This document shows, piece by piece, positions 38,977-48,317 of a stretch of DNA of 64,000 nt. The notes beneath the pieces were generated by a model. It made no database searches. It saw only the letters and a list, made by a program, of their open reading frames with translations, and was not told where the DNA came from. Position numbers and translations under genes: made by a program. The DNA comes from Archaeoglobus sp. JdFR-37 (GTDB taxonomy: Archaea; Halobacteriota; Archaeoglobi; Archaeoglobales; Archaeoglobaceae), in the NCBI GenBank assembly GCA_002010215.1, contig MTMY01000031.1, positions 1-64,000 on the forward strand. The letters are read 5' to 3'. The first letter of the stretch is position 1. Each line of letters starts with the position of its first letter.

Positions 38977-39259
38977 TGGACGCAGCAAGAAGTTTAGCAT
39001 AAGAGATATTCTCAATAAATTTAAGTGGCATCCAGATTTCGATTTTAACCTGGTGGAGGTAACATATATCCATCGCCCGGAGGGTTTTTCAAAAGTAAAT
39101 GGTGGAGAGATTATCGATATCGGGCATAAGTTCATATATCTTGTATCTGGTAATGCAATACCCGTACACAGGATTGTAGAGATAAAATATGCCGGTGAGG
39201 TCGTCTGGAGGAGGGGAAATGAAAGTTGTGAGGAGCAGGCTGAAAAAGGAGATGAGTGA
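38963..39259 (+). CDS. DUF504/MJ1316-like RNA-repair-domain protein
   Basis: 'ILNK.KW', 'Y.HR', 'IP.HRI..I...G..VW.R'. Confidence 0.8.
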   Translation: MKRYNGRSKKFSIRDILNKFKWHPDFDFNLVEVTYIHRPEGFSKVNGGEIIDIGHKFIYLVSGNAIPVHRIVEIKYAGEVVWRRGNESCEEQAEKGDE

Positions 39260-40679
39260 GATTGCCTTAAAGCTTACGTCTTCACTTCATCACGATTACA
39301 ACATCTTCCACTACGACATCCTTGTTGATATAGTCCACGTCCTGAATATTTTAAAAAATGGCCATATTTCGAAAGATGAGGCGGCAAAGATACTTGCAGC
39401 CCTTCTGGAGATCAGGGATGCCGGCTATAACGCTCTGAGTAGGGAATACGAAGATGTTCACGAGGCTATTGAGGCGAAGGTGATAGAGCTAGCCGGAGAG
39501 GCTGGAAGAAAAATGCACACTGGGAGGAGCAGAAATGATGAAATTGCCACGTGTCTGAGGTTGTATGCTAGAGATAGGCTCCTTTCTATCGCTCAAGCAG
39601 TTCTTCACTTACGAGAAGTGCTGCTGGAGAGGGTTGAGGCAGAGGATGCCGTGATGCCGGGATTTACTCATCTGCAATATGCCCAGCCTACCCGCCTCTC
39701 CCATCATCTTCTCGCATACCACGACATGCTGGAAAGAGACTTCCAACGGGTTATTGAGGCTTTTAAAAGAGTAAATTTGTCACCTCTGGGATCAGCAGCC
39801 TTCGCATCCACAGGCTTCAAACTAGATAGACTCTACTCAGCCAAATTGCTGGGCTTCAAAGATATAGTGGAGAACAGCATGGATGCTGTGGCAACAAGGG
39901 ACTTCGCAATCGAATCCATCTTTATCTCATGCAACCTTATGCTTTCCCTGAGTAGGATTTCAGAGGAGCTGATACTCTGGAGCTCTGAGTTCAATTTCGT
40001 TGAGTTGCCTGACGAATATGCATCTTCTTCCAGTATCATGCCCCAGAAGAAGAATCCTGATGTTGCGGAGCTCATCAGAGCGAAAGCCGGGAAGCTAATA
40101 GGAAATCTGACAGCCGCAGCTTCCGTGTATAAGGCAATGCCATATTCCTATAACAGGGATTTTCAGGAGATGAATCTCCTGCTCTACGAAAGCCTTGAAA
40201 CCGCCGAACTTTCAACGCTTGCAATGGCTGAGATGATGGAGAAACTGAAATTCAAAAAAGAAGTTATGGAAGAAAAGGCTGGAAAAGGGTTTTCATGCGC
40301 CACCGAGCTGGCGGACACTCTTGTGAGAAAATGTGGTCTCCCATTCAGGACTGCTCATACAATAGTGGGCAGGATAGCCGAAAGTGAGGAGAGCATAATT
40401 AATCTTGAAGAGCTTGACAGAATAGCTCTTGAAGTGGCTGGTGTGAAGATTTCGGAAAAAATAACTCAGGAAGAGCTTAATCAGATTCTCGACCCTAGGC
40501 AAGTTGTGGATAGGAGAGTTAATACTGGAGGTACATCATCTAAGGAGATCAAGCGCATGCTGGAAGAAAGGAAGAGGAGAATTGAACGAGATGCTGAAAT
40601 GCTGGAGAAAATTATTGAAGAGGTGTCAGGTGGACTTGAGATGATGTACGAGGAAGTGGAGAGTGTCATAAATGCTTGA
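39219..40679 (+). CDS. argH: Argininosuccinate lyase
   Basis: HTGRSRND, MPGFTHLQ, SSIMPQKKNPD, YNRD.QE. Confidence 0.96.
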   Translation: MKVVRSRLKKEMSEIALKLTSSLHHDYNIFHYDILVDIVHVLNILKNGHISKDEAAKILAALLEIRDAGYNALSREYEDVHEAIEAKVIELAGEAGRKMHTGRSRNDEIATCLRLYARDRLLSIAQAVLHLREVLLERVEAEDAVMPGFTHLQYAQPTRLSHHLLAYHDMLERDFQRVIEAFKRVNLSPLGSAAFASTGFKLDRLYSAKLLGFKDIVENSMDAVATRDFAIESIFISCNLMLSLSRISEELILWSSEFNFVELPDEYASSSSIMPQKKNPDVAELIRAKAGKLIGNLTAAASVYKAMPYSYNRDFQEMNLLLYESLETAELSTLAMAEMMEKLKFKKEVMEEKAGKGFSCATELADTLVRKCGLPFRTAHTIVGRIAESEESIINLEELDRIALEVAGVKISEKITQEELNQILDPRQVVDRRVNTGGTSSKEIKRMLEERKRRIERDAEMLEKIIEEVSGGLEMMYEEVESVINA

Positions 40680-41907
40680 GGGTAAAAGAGTCAGGATAAA
40701 GGCGAAGGACAGGATTTTTGAAGGGCTGGTGATGCCATCAGCAACAGACACCCTTGTCATTAAGCTGGACAGCGGATACAATGTGGGCTTTAAAGATTAT
40801 GAGCTTCTGGAAGTCATTGAGGATGAGAAGGTAGTGGTAGAAAGTCCCGAGCTAGAGAGAAAAGCGGGGTTGCCTGAGATAAAGATAATCTCAACAGGTG
40901 GGACAATAGCATCCAAAGTGGATTATAAGACTGGTGCTGTAACAAGCCAGTTCTCAGCAGAAGAGATTGTGAGTGAGGTGCCGGAGCTGGCTGAACTCTG
41001 CAATATTGATGCTGAACTCCTTTACAACATTCTCAGCGAAAACATGAAGCCAGCTTACTGGATTGAGCTGGCCAGAGGGGTTTATAAGACTCTGAAAAAG
41101 GGTTACGATGGTGTAATCGTCACACATGGGACAGACACAATGTCCTACACCGCCTCAGCCTTAGCCTTCATGCTCTCAACCCCCAAACCCGTTGTATTTG
41201 TAGGAGCACAACGCAGTAGTGATAGACCTTCAAGCGATGCAGCCATGAACCTGATCTGCGCCGCTCAAGCTGCAACTGCGGACTTGGGAGAGGTAGCAGT
41301 TGTCATGCATGCAACCACCAACGACGATTTTTGCTATATACATCGAGGTGTTAAGGTGAGAAAGCTCCATACTTCAAGGCGTGATGCCTTCCAGTCTGTC
41401 AATTACCCGCCCCTTGGTAAGGTGGAGTACCCATCAGGTAAAATCACTTGGATGGCTGAACGTTTCAAGAGGGGAGAACGGGGACTGGAACTCAGGGATA
41501 AGCTGGAGGAAAAAGTGGTTCTGATAAAATTCTTTCCCGGACTCAGGCCAGATGTGTTGGAATACTATCATCAGGAGGGGTACAGAGGGTTTGTCATAGA
41601 GGGGACAGGTTTGGGACACGTTTCCACTGACTGGGTTGATACTGTTAAGAGGGTATGTGAGGATAGTGTGGTGGTAATGACCTCTCAATGCCTCTGGGGT
41701 AGGGTTTGTGACAGGGTTTACGATACGGGCAGGTATTTACTGAAGGCCGGGGTCGTTGAAGGCGAGGACATGCTTCCTGAAGTGGCCCTCGTTAAGCTGA
41801 TGTGGCTTTTAGGAAACTATGACGTAGATGAAGCTAGGAGAAAGGTTGGGGAGAATCTAGTGGGAGAGATGACCCCTACAACAGGCTATTGTGGTAAGGT
41901 TTTATAG
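40672..41907 (+). CDS. gatD: Glu-tRNA(Gln) amidotransferase subunit D
   Basis: KLDSGYNVG, TGGTIAS.VDY.TG, HGTDT, SSDRPSSD. Confidence 0.95.
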   Translation: MLEGKRVRIKAKDRIFEGLVMPSATDTLVIKLDSGYNVGFKDYELLEVIEDEKVVVESPELERKAGLPEIKIISTGGTIASKVDYKTGAVTSQFSAEEIVSEVPELAELCNIDAELLYNILSENMKPAYWIELARGVYKTLKKGYDGVIVTHGTDTMSYTASALAFMLSTPKPVVFVGAQRSSDRPSSDAAMNLICAAQAATADLGEVAVVMHATTNDDFCYIHRGVKVRKLHTSRRDAFQSVNYPPLGKVEYPSGKITWMAERFKRGERGLELRDKLEEKVVLIKFFPGLRPDVLEYYHQEGYRGFVIEGTGLGHVSTDWVDTVKRVCEDSVVVMTSQCLWGRVCDRVYDTGRYLLKAGVVEGEDMLPEVALVKLMWLLGNYDVDEARRKVGENLVGEMTPTTGYCGKVL

Positions 41908-42129
41908 GTGGATAGTATTATAGGTCATCAAATTTTTTTGGTTCAACGTTTTTATTAAACTCAGTTATTCTTATTATCCTATCAACATTCTACCGATATT
42001 GCTAGGTTTCATCTCACCTATTCAGCTCCTCTCTCGTTCAAGAGCTTCTGAAATTGTTCTTTTAAGGTGGTTTTTTTCAAAATTAAATTAGATATTAAAA
42101 TAAAAAATTAAAATGGCTGAACAACTTCT

Positions 42130-43047
42130 CTAACCTTCTCCAAACTCCTTCAGAATATCTCTCAGGTAAATCTTGTGCTGCCCCAGCTTTCCGCCGTAGT
42201 TTCCGCTGGAGATCTTAACAACGCCATCAATTTTGCTTGCAACATCCATACACACATACATGGCTTTCTTAAGCACATCCAAGTTTATGCCGTTGATGAC
42301 AATTTCGGGGATGCTCTTAACCCCATCTGGCACAAGCGAGTCTGGTATTTTTCCTTTCAGGGTGGGGCAGTAGTAATGGTTCGTTGTGGGGCCAATCTCG
42401 GGGTACTTGGTCTCTGGCTTGCTTCCCGCAGAGCATATGTCAAAGGATGTAATAACACCATCTATCTCCTTCAGCGCCTCAACAGCAGCCTCTCCAGCCT
42501 CTAAAGCAGCATCCTCACTCTCACAGAAGTACCAGATGTTTCCACCAGCAATTCCTTCAGCGTAACCTATGTACCTCTCGATGGTGAACTCGCCGAACAT
42601 TATTGGGACTCTTATAACCTTCCTGCCCCACATCTCCTCTTCCCACTCGTATCCATCCCCGCATCTTCCCACATTCAGCTCAGCATCAAAGTACGTTTCA
42701 CTCTCTGTGGCGTTGAATACTCTTGTTGTGGGGACAACCAGCACACCCTGCCTGATTCTCTTACTCATCTCTCTCATCAACACATCCATGAATTTCTTGC
42801 TCTTCTGAACCCAAACCTGAGCGATGGCGCCAAGCCTCCCATCTGGTGTCTCTTCGGGAGAAAGCCATCTGTCAATGCCACCCTCAGACTCGCCAAAAAC
42901 GGTGGATGGCAGAGCGGTTGCGCCATAAGCAGCCCTCTTCAAAAGCCACTTGTGCTTTGCGGTTATCACAAATCTCGAATATATGCCGTCGAAGGCCTCA
43001 CAATAGGTATCCTCCACAGGCACACCATTTATTTCCAGCTTCTCCAT
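42130..43047 (-). CDS. ftr: Formylmethanofuran:H4MPT formyltransferase
   Basis: INGV.VEDT..EAF, TPDGR.G, G.AGGN, PTTN, GNYGGKLG. ATG at 43047. Confidence 0.92.
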   Translation of the reverse strand: MEKLEINGVPVEDTYCEAFDGIYSRFVITAKHKWLLKRAAYGATALPSTVFGESEGGIDRWLSPEETPDGRLGAIAQVWVQKSKKFMDVLMREMSKRIRQGVLVVPTTRVFNATESETYFDAELNVGRCGDGYEWEEEMWGRKVIRVPIMFGEFTIERYIGYAEGIAGGNIWYFCESEDAALEAGEAAVEALKEIDGVITSFDICSAGSKPETKYPEIGPTTNHYYCPTLKGKIPDSLVPDGVKSIPEIVINGINLDVLKKAMYVCMDVASKIDGVVKISSGNYGGKLGQHKIYLRDILKEFGEG

Positions 43048-43275
43048 TCGATCACCGGGTGGTATTCTGGAAAGGGAGGATAAAAATGTTCTGCTGGGTT
43101 GTAGCACTTCAGAGCAAAAAATGATTTGACGAAGATTCGGGCATCAAAGTTTAACATTATGCAAAATATTGGTGGATCAAAATTATTTTACATTAGCAGT
43201 AAATATTATATAGTGGTAACACAAGTTATTTTTTTGTTCACACAAAAGATGAATTAAGGTTGTGGGGGTGTTACT

Positions 43276-44031
43276 TTGAATCTACAGTCAGAAATCGCGC
43301 TTATTGCCCTTGCTTTGGTGGTGGGGATGAGACATGGAGTTGACTGGGATCATATAGCAGCAATATCTGACATAACCAGCACTCAGACCAGCAAAAAGAA
43401 AGGAATCTTTCAGAGTTTTCTTTACGCAATTGGCCATGCTAGTGTGGTAACTGGTATTGCCCTTTCTGCTCTTCTCATCGGTCTGTCATTTCCTGAAAGT
43501 CTCGATGCTCTGATGGGGAGAGTTGTGGGGTTTACATTACTGATTCTCGGGCTTTATGTATTTTATGCGCTGTATCGATATGGTGATGGTTTGAGACTGC
43601 TCCCCAGATGGGCTATTGTTTTTTATGGTATCCTGAAAATATTTGATTGGATAACTGCAAAATTCACTGGTAAACCCGTGAAGGAAAGGAAACTCGTTCT
43701 GAATTACGGAAATGCTTCAGCCTACACTATTGGAATGATTCACGGTATTGGTGCTGAAACACCGTCACAAATGTATATGTTCGCTTTAGCACTTACAGCA
43801 GGTATGAGGAGCAGCGATGTTGCAGCCATTGTCATAATTGCCTTTGCCCTGGGCCTTGTTATCACAAATACTGTAATGGGGGTTCTTGGAGCCTATGGCT
43901 ATGTGAGTGCTGGAAAATCTCTGTACAAATATCTTGCAGTATTTACAGCAGTATTCAGCATAATTCTCGGATTGTTTTTTATAGTAGGAGCAGAACTCCC
44001 GGATCCGATGGGTCTGATTAATGGTGAATGA
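43276..44031 (+). CDS. NiCoT/HoxN-like Ni/Co permease
   Basis: RHG.D.DHIAAI signature, GH, G.IHG.G.ET, multiple TM segments. Confidence 0.85.
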   Translation: MNLQSEIALIALALVVGMRHGVDWDHIAAISDITSTQTSKKKGIFQSFLYAIGHASVVTGIALSALLIGLSFPESLDALMGRVVGFTLLILGLYVFYALYRYGDGLRLLPRWAIVFYGILKIFDWITAKFTGKPVKERKLVLNYGNASAYTIGMIHGIGAETPSQMYMFALALTAGMRSSDVAAIVIIAFALGLVITNTVMGVLGAYGYVSAGKSLYKYLAVFTAVFSIILGLFFIVGAELPDPMGLINGE

Positions 44032-44159
44032 AATGCGAATATTGGGATGATATGATGTATATTTCACAGACTGAAGAGTTGATTAATTCAAATTTTTACA
44101 TTTGATGAATTTTTATTAATTAATTATAATAATAAAATAAATTAACTAAAAAACTAAGG

Positions 44160-46019
44160 TCAAATTCCCAGTGCTACCCTCTTTTCGATTATAACATCTT
44201 CTATTAGTTCTGCGGCTTTCACTGGGTCTTCTTCTACCAGTATCTTTCCGCCGGTGAGCTTTTCCACGTCTTCTGTCAGCAGTTTCACCACCTCAGGCGA
44301 TCCTGTAACTGGTGGAATAGGTGAGACATGGGTTGTCACTCCATATGCCACCGCAAATATTGCGTCTATGGTAGCCTTCTGCTCCATGTATTCCGGAGCA
44401 GTTGCTGCAATTGGTAGCTGTGGGATGTCAACGCCTAGATAATCTGCTATGGCTTTTACAAGCAATGCAAGCCTTCCTGTATCTGTGCATGTTCCGAAAC
44501 TCAGGACTGGCGGGATTCCGAGAGCTCTACAGACCTCCTGTAGCCTTTCACCCGCCATGTCTATTGCTTCCAGTGATGTTAGACCTGCTACCTGTAATGC
44601 GGCATTCCCACATCCCATGCTGAGTACCAGAATATCTCTCTTTATCAGCTCCTCAGCAATCCTCACTGTGTGATAGTCGTGGGGCGAGTTGCGCAGAGTT
44701 GTGCAGCTTACGAGAGCCACAACACCCTTAATGTCTCCATTTTTGATTGCGTTAATGAGAACCTCAGGACCTCCTCCAAGAGCTTCCAGTATTGCTTCAG
44801 TTGAAAATCCGGCAGTTACTGACTGGACTCTTTCGGGAACATACGGCTCAATTTTCTGCCGTCTTTCCTTGAAGTTCTCCACCGCCATGTCAATGAGCTT
44901 CATGGCAATTTCTTCCACATTCTCCGGCTGATAGTCGAAACCTTCTTCGATACCCTTAAGCCGCACCAGCTTGCTGACCGGCACAATCTTGACCCCGTAT
45001 TTCTGGTACTCTGCGAGAGTGGGTAGAGTACAGTTCATATCCACAGCAAAGACGTCGATGGCGCCTGTAGCAAGTACATATTCCTGTGTTATCCAGTTAC
45101 CGGTAAGTCCGGCAAGAATTTCGGTTTCGAACCTCTGGATGAGCTCCTGACCTGTTTCGATAGAGCCTATAATTCTCAAGCCCTTGGCTCCAGCTTTCTT
45201 GGCTTTTTCCTGAATTTCCTCCTTCTCTGCCAGTTTGATGAGAGCTGCACCGACAAAGGGCTCGTGTCCGTTGACTGCTATGTTGACATAATCGGGGTCT
45301 ATGATTCCTAGGTCAACATAACTGTCATGGGGTTTTGGAGTGCCGAACAGGATGTCGTGTATGGTTTCTATTACTACCTGCGCTCCCAGACACGTCACGA
45401 TTCCCATTCTCATAGCCTTCTTAGCCAAGGAGACATAATCAGAGTCAACATTAGTCATGCTTGATGAACCAACGGTCAGTAACTCCTGAAAAACGCCATC
45501 AGGCATAATATCGAGCTCTTCCCAGACTTCCTTCCTTTTCTCTGGTGCCAGTGCTTTCACGATTTTGCTGGGTTCATGGCTGCTCAGGTCCCTTATGGCA
45601 AACTCTGCAACTTCAACAGCAATCTCTTTGATATCTTTCCCTTTAGTCCCAATTCCCAATTGTTCTGCAAACCAGATGAGTTTCTTTTTATCCTTTATTT
45701 CAAAGGGAGTTTTACCTTCAGCTGTCGCCTTCAGTGTTTTTGCAGCCTCGATTGCGTGGTACGTGTAGGCTTCAGTCCCAAGCATGTTGAGGTGGACAAG
45801 GTTTCTAATCACCATTCCTGCCGCGTCTATTCCGCAAACACCACTCTGAGCATTTGACGTTATTCTGCATGGGCCCATACTGCATAGCTGGCAGCTAATT
45901 CCCTGCTCACAAAATTTGCATCTGCTATTTTGCTCATCGAACCTGTCAAGAACACTGTTAATCCCATCTTCCTTAACCCTTTCATGCATTTCATTTACCG
46001 AGGGGTGTATGCTCTCCAT
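44160..46019 (-). CDS. cooS: CooS-family (Ni-CODH/HCP superfamily) protein with non-canonical ligands
   Basis: CKFC...CQLCSMGPC, GVCG, NGHEP, DMNC, GTCTD, EQKA. Confidence 0.9.
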   Translation of the reverse strand: MESIHPSVNEMHERVKEDGINSVLDRFDEQNSRCKFCEQGISCQLCSMGPCRITSNAQSGVCGIDAAGMVIRNLVHLNMLGTEAYTYHAIEAAKTLKATAEGKTPFEIKDKKKLIWFAEQLGIGTKGKDIKEIAVEVAEFAIRDLSSHEPSKIVKALAPEKRKEVWEELDIMPDGVFQELLTVGSSSMTNVDSDYVSLAKKAMRMGIVTCLGAQVVIETIHDILFGTPKPHDSYVDLGIIDPDYVNIAVNGHEPFVGAALIKLAEKEEIQEKAKKAGAKGLRIIGSIETGQELIQRFETEILAGLTGNWITQEYVLATGAIDVFAVDMNCTLPTLAEYQKYGVKIVPVSKLVRLKGIEEGFDYQPENVEEIAMKLIDMAVENFKERRQKIEPYVPERVQSVTAGFSTEAILEALGGGPEVLINAIKNGDIKGVVALVSCTTLRNSPHDYHTVRIAEELIKRDILVLSMGCGNAALQVAGLTSLEAIDMAGERLQEVCRALGIPPVLSFGTCTDTGRLALLVKAIADYLGVDIPQLPIAATAPEYMEQKATIDAIFAVAYGVTTHVSPIPPVTGSPEVVKLLTEDVEKLTGGKILVEEDPVKAAELIEDVIIEKRVALGI

Positions 46020-46187
46020 GCTATCACCTTTTGGTCCAGAAATACCCAGTAATTTCGCTATTTTCCCTAAAATATTCGATTGGAATAAAGAAATTATTAA
46101 TTAATAATTATGAATTTATCAAATTTAATATTCAATGAGATATGATTAAAATAAAAAATAAAAGGGGGGAGGAGGGGAAGATTAGAT

Positions 46188-46346
46188 TTATAGGTTATGA
46201 AAGCCGCAGCCTCTGAATCTTATTCTACCCTTTTTAAAATCCTCTTTCCAGCCAGGAAAAGTTTTGGCTATTCTGACGTGGAACCATATACAATGGTACT
46301 CTCCATCGTGGAAACTGTAATTTTTGCAGCTATCGCAACCCCCCAT
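46188..46346 (-). CDS. 52-aa Cys/His-rich small protein (not in the ORF track)
   Basis: MGGCDSCKNYSFHDGEYHCIWFHVRIAKTFPGWKEDFKKGRIRFRGCGFHNL. AAAAATCTTAAATA lies at leaderless spacing upstream and a pyrimidine-rich terminator-like tract follows the stop. Confidence 0.65.
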   Translation of the reverse strand: MGGCDSCKNYSFHDGEYHCIWFHVRIAKTFPGWKEDFKKGRIRFRGCGFHNL

Positions 46347-46431
46347 AAATCAAATAAACTTGATTACTATTTAAGATTTTTGGATTAACAATAGCAAGTG
46401 TTATATACGCTAAGATGCGTAAAAATGCTGA

Positions 46432-47073
46432 ATGATGCTTGACAGTCTCGAAAAAGAGATTCTAGATGTACTCGAAGAGTTGGGGAATGCAGATATAAAA
46501 ACCATTCACAATCGTTTGAAGCATCACCCCTATACAACTATAGCTTCTGCCCTTGAAAGGCTCTTCAGAGAAGGAATTGTACGGAGAAAGGAAGTAAAAT
46601 CCCGGGGCAAGCTGGGTAGGAAGTATGTTTACTGGATCAGCGATCCTAAAGAGGCGGTAGCCAGAAAACTGGTAGAGAATTTTGTTAAACTTTTTGGTGG
46701 CGATCTCAGACCGCTTGAAAAGGAACTTGAAGGATTCTTAGCAAGAAGTGTGGAGAATTCCGTAGCATTTGTCGATTATGAAAACAGGATAAGGTTCCTT
46801 TTCGTAAATGGTAGAGTTGTTGAGGAAGTAGTTGGAAAGAATCTCTTTGATTTCCACTCAGGTATGGATGTAGATAAGGTTAAACAACTGCTGGATGAAA
46901 TGAGAAATGGTCGTAGAGTGGCCCTGAGAAAGGTTGAGCTGGCAGACAGGAAGTTCCACAAATTTTACTGCCGGCTAGACGACAGCAGTGGTAATTTCTT
47001 GGGAGTGTTAATCATAACTCTAGAAAGTAGTGCGCTGGAAAAGGAAAGGGAACAGGTTATAAATCCTTTCTAA
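46432..47073 (+). CDS. BlaI/CopY-like wHTH plus PAS-domain transcriptional regulator
   Basis: N-terminal 'LE.EIL..L...YTTI...L.RL...G.V.R'; C-terminal 'AFVD.EN.I.F...VGKNLFDFH...KV..LL..M'. Confidence 0.75.
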   Translation: MMLDSLEKEILDVLEELGNADIKTIHNRLKHHPYTTIASALERLFREGIVRRKEVKSRGKLGRKYVYWISDPKEAVARKLVENFVKLFGGDLRPLEKELEGFLARSVENSVAFVDYENRIRFLFVNGRVVEEVVGKNLFDFHSGMDVDKVKQLLDEMRNGRRVALRKVELADRKFHKFYCRLDDSSGNFLGVLIITLESSALEKEREQVINPF

Positions 47074-47087
47074 AATCATACAACTGA

Positions 47088-48317
47088 ATGAAAATAGCAG
47101 TAATAGGCGGAGGGCTAACTGGCCTTACAGCGGCACGTGAGCTGAGGGAATTCTGCAAGGTTACTGTTTTTGAGCCTCACTGGCTCGGCGGGTTAGCATC
47201 ATCTTACTGTCGAGATAATTACTGCATCGAAAAGTTTTATCATCACTGTTTTAGGGGGGATGATGAATTACTGGATTTGATTAAAGACCTTCGTCTTGCC
47301 TCAAAACTTGAATGGAGGATTGCCAGAGTTGGATATGAGCTCAATGGAGAGGTTTACCCTCTCAATACTCCTGTGGAAATATTGAGATATCCTGGTATGA
47401 GTTTTACAGACAAACTCAAACTATCTTTATTTACGCTCAGGAGCAGAAATAAAAATTACGAGAAGTTTGACGATATTGGAGTCATCGAAGGAATAAGCAA
47501 GGAGCTCGGAGAAGGGCTTTATAAACGCTTTTTCTATCCTTTACTCCGAGGGAAATTTGGAGAAAATTATGGATTAGTTAGTTACGCATGGCTTCTGGCA
47601 AGAGTAGCGATACGGAGCAACAGAACCATGAAAGGGGAAAAGCTAGGATATATGCGAAGGGGTTTTCACCAATTGATAGAGAGGATTGTTGAAGGGTTCG
47701 AGATAAGAAATGAAAGGGCAAAAATTCAGAAAGGTAGCCGATGGATTGTCAACGGTGAAGAATATGATGCAGTCATCTATACTGCTCCACTGCCAGAACT
47801 GGGTGAAATCATAAGAACGGAAGCAGGTGTGGAAGACATCAGGTACCAAAGCTCAATATGTTGCCTTGTGGGAAGCGAGAGCACAATCACAGAGGACATT
47901 TACTGGACCAATCTGAGCAGTGGAGTAATTTTTGGGGCGATTATTGAGCACACACACTTCATGCCCTTTGAGGACTATGGGGAGCATGTAATCTACTTTG
48001 CAGGATATACAACGCCCGATAGCCCCCTGATGATTATGGGAGAAGATGAAATAGCGAAAGTAATCCTCAAAGATGCTGGGAAGTTCGGTCTTAAAAGTGA
48101 AGATGTCAGGTGGGTGAAGGTGTTCAGGGCAAAATATAGCGGACCAATTTACGAAAAAGGTTATTTGAGGAAAATAACGCCTTACAGAACGTCTTTACCG
48201 GGATTTTACATAGCAGGGATGACCTCAAAGCCGAATTATCCGGAAAGAAGTATGAATGGTAGTATTGCTGCCGGAAAGGAAGTAGCTGAATGCGTTATTG
48301 AAGATTATTTCTCATAA
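47088..48317 (+). CDS. FAD-dependent oxidoreductase (HemY/amine-oxidase-like)
   Basis: IAVIGGGLTGL, GGLA, EKFYHH, YPERSMNG. Confidence 0.85.
   Translation: MKIAVIGGGLTGLTAARELREFCKVTVFEPHWLGGLASSYCRDNYCIEKFYHHCFRGDDELLDLIKDLRLASKLEWRIARVGYELNGEVYPLNTPVEILRYPGMSFTDKLKLSLFTLRSRNKNYEKFDDIGVIEGISKELGEGLYKRFFYPLLRGKFGENYGLVSYAWLLARVAIRSNRTMKGEKLGYMRRGFHQLIERIVEGFEIRNERAKIQKGSRWIVNGEEYDAVIYTAPLPELGEIIRTEAGVEDIRYQSSICCLVGSESTITEDIYWTNLSSGVIFGAIIEHTHFMPFEDYGEHVIYFAGYTTPDSPLMIMGEDEIAKVILKDAGKFGLKSEDVRWVKVFRAKYSGPIYEKGYLRKITPYRTSLPGFYIAGMTSKPNYPERSMNGSIAAGKEVAECVIEDYFS

Noticed and set aside
41975..42080. Minus-strand fragment resembling a gene end plus RBS and start (..EQFQKLLNERGAE* GTGAG ATG..)
   Set aside because: Too short to assign; could be chance or an unidentifiable relic.
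46197..46388. 63-aa plus-strand ORF in the track
   Set aside because: The opposite-strand 52-aa ORF has better promoter, terminator and motif support.
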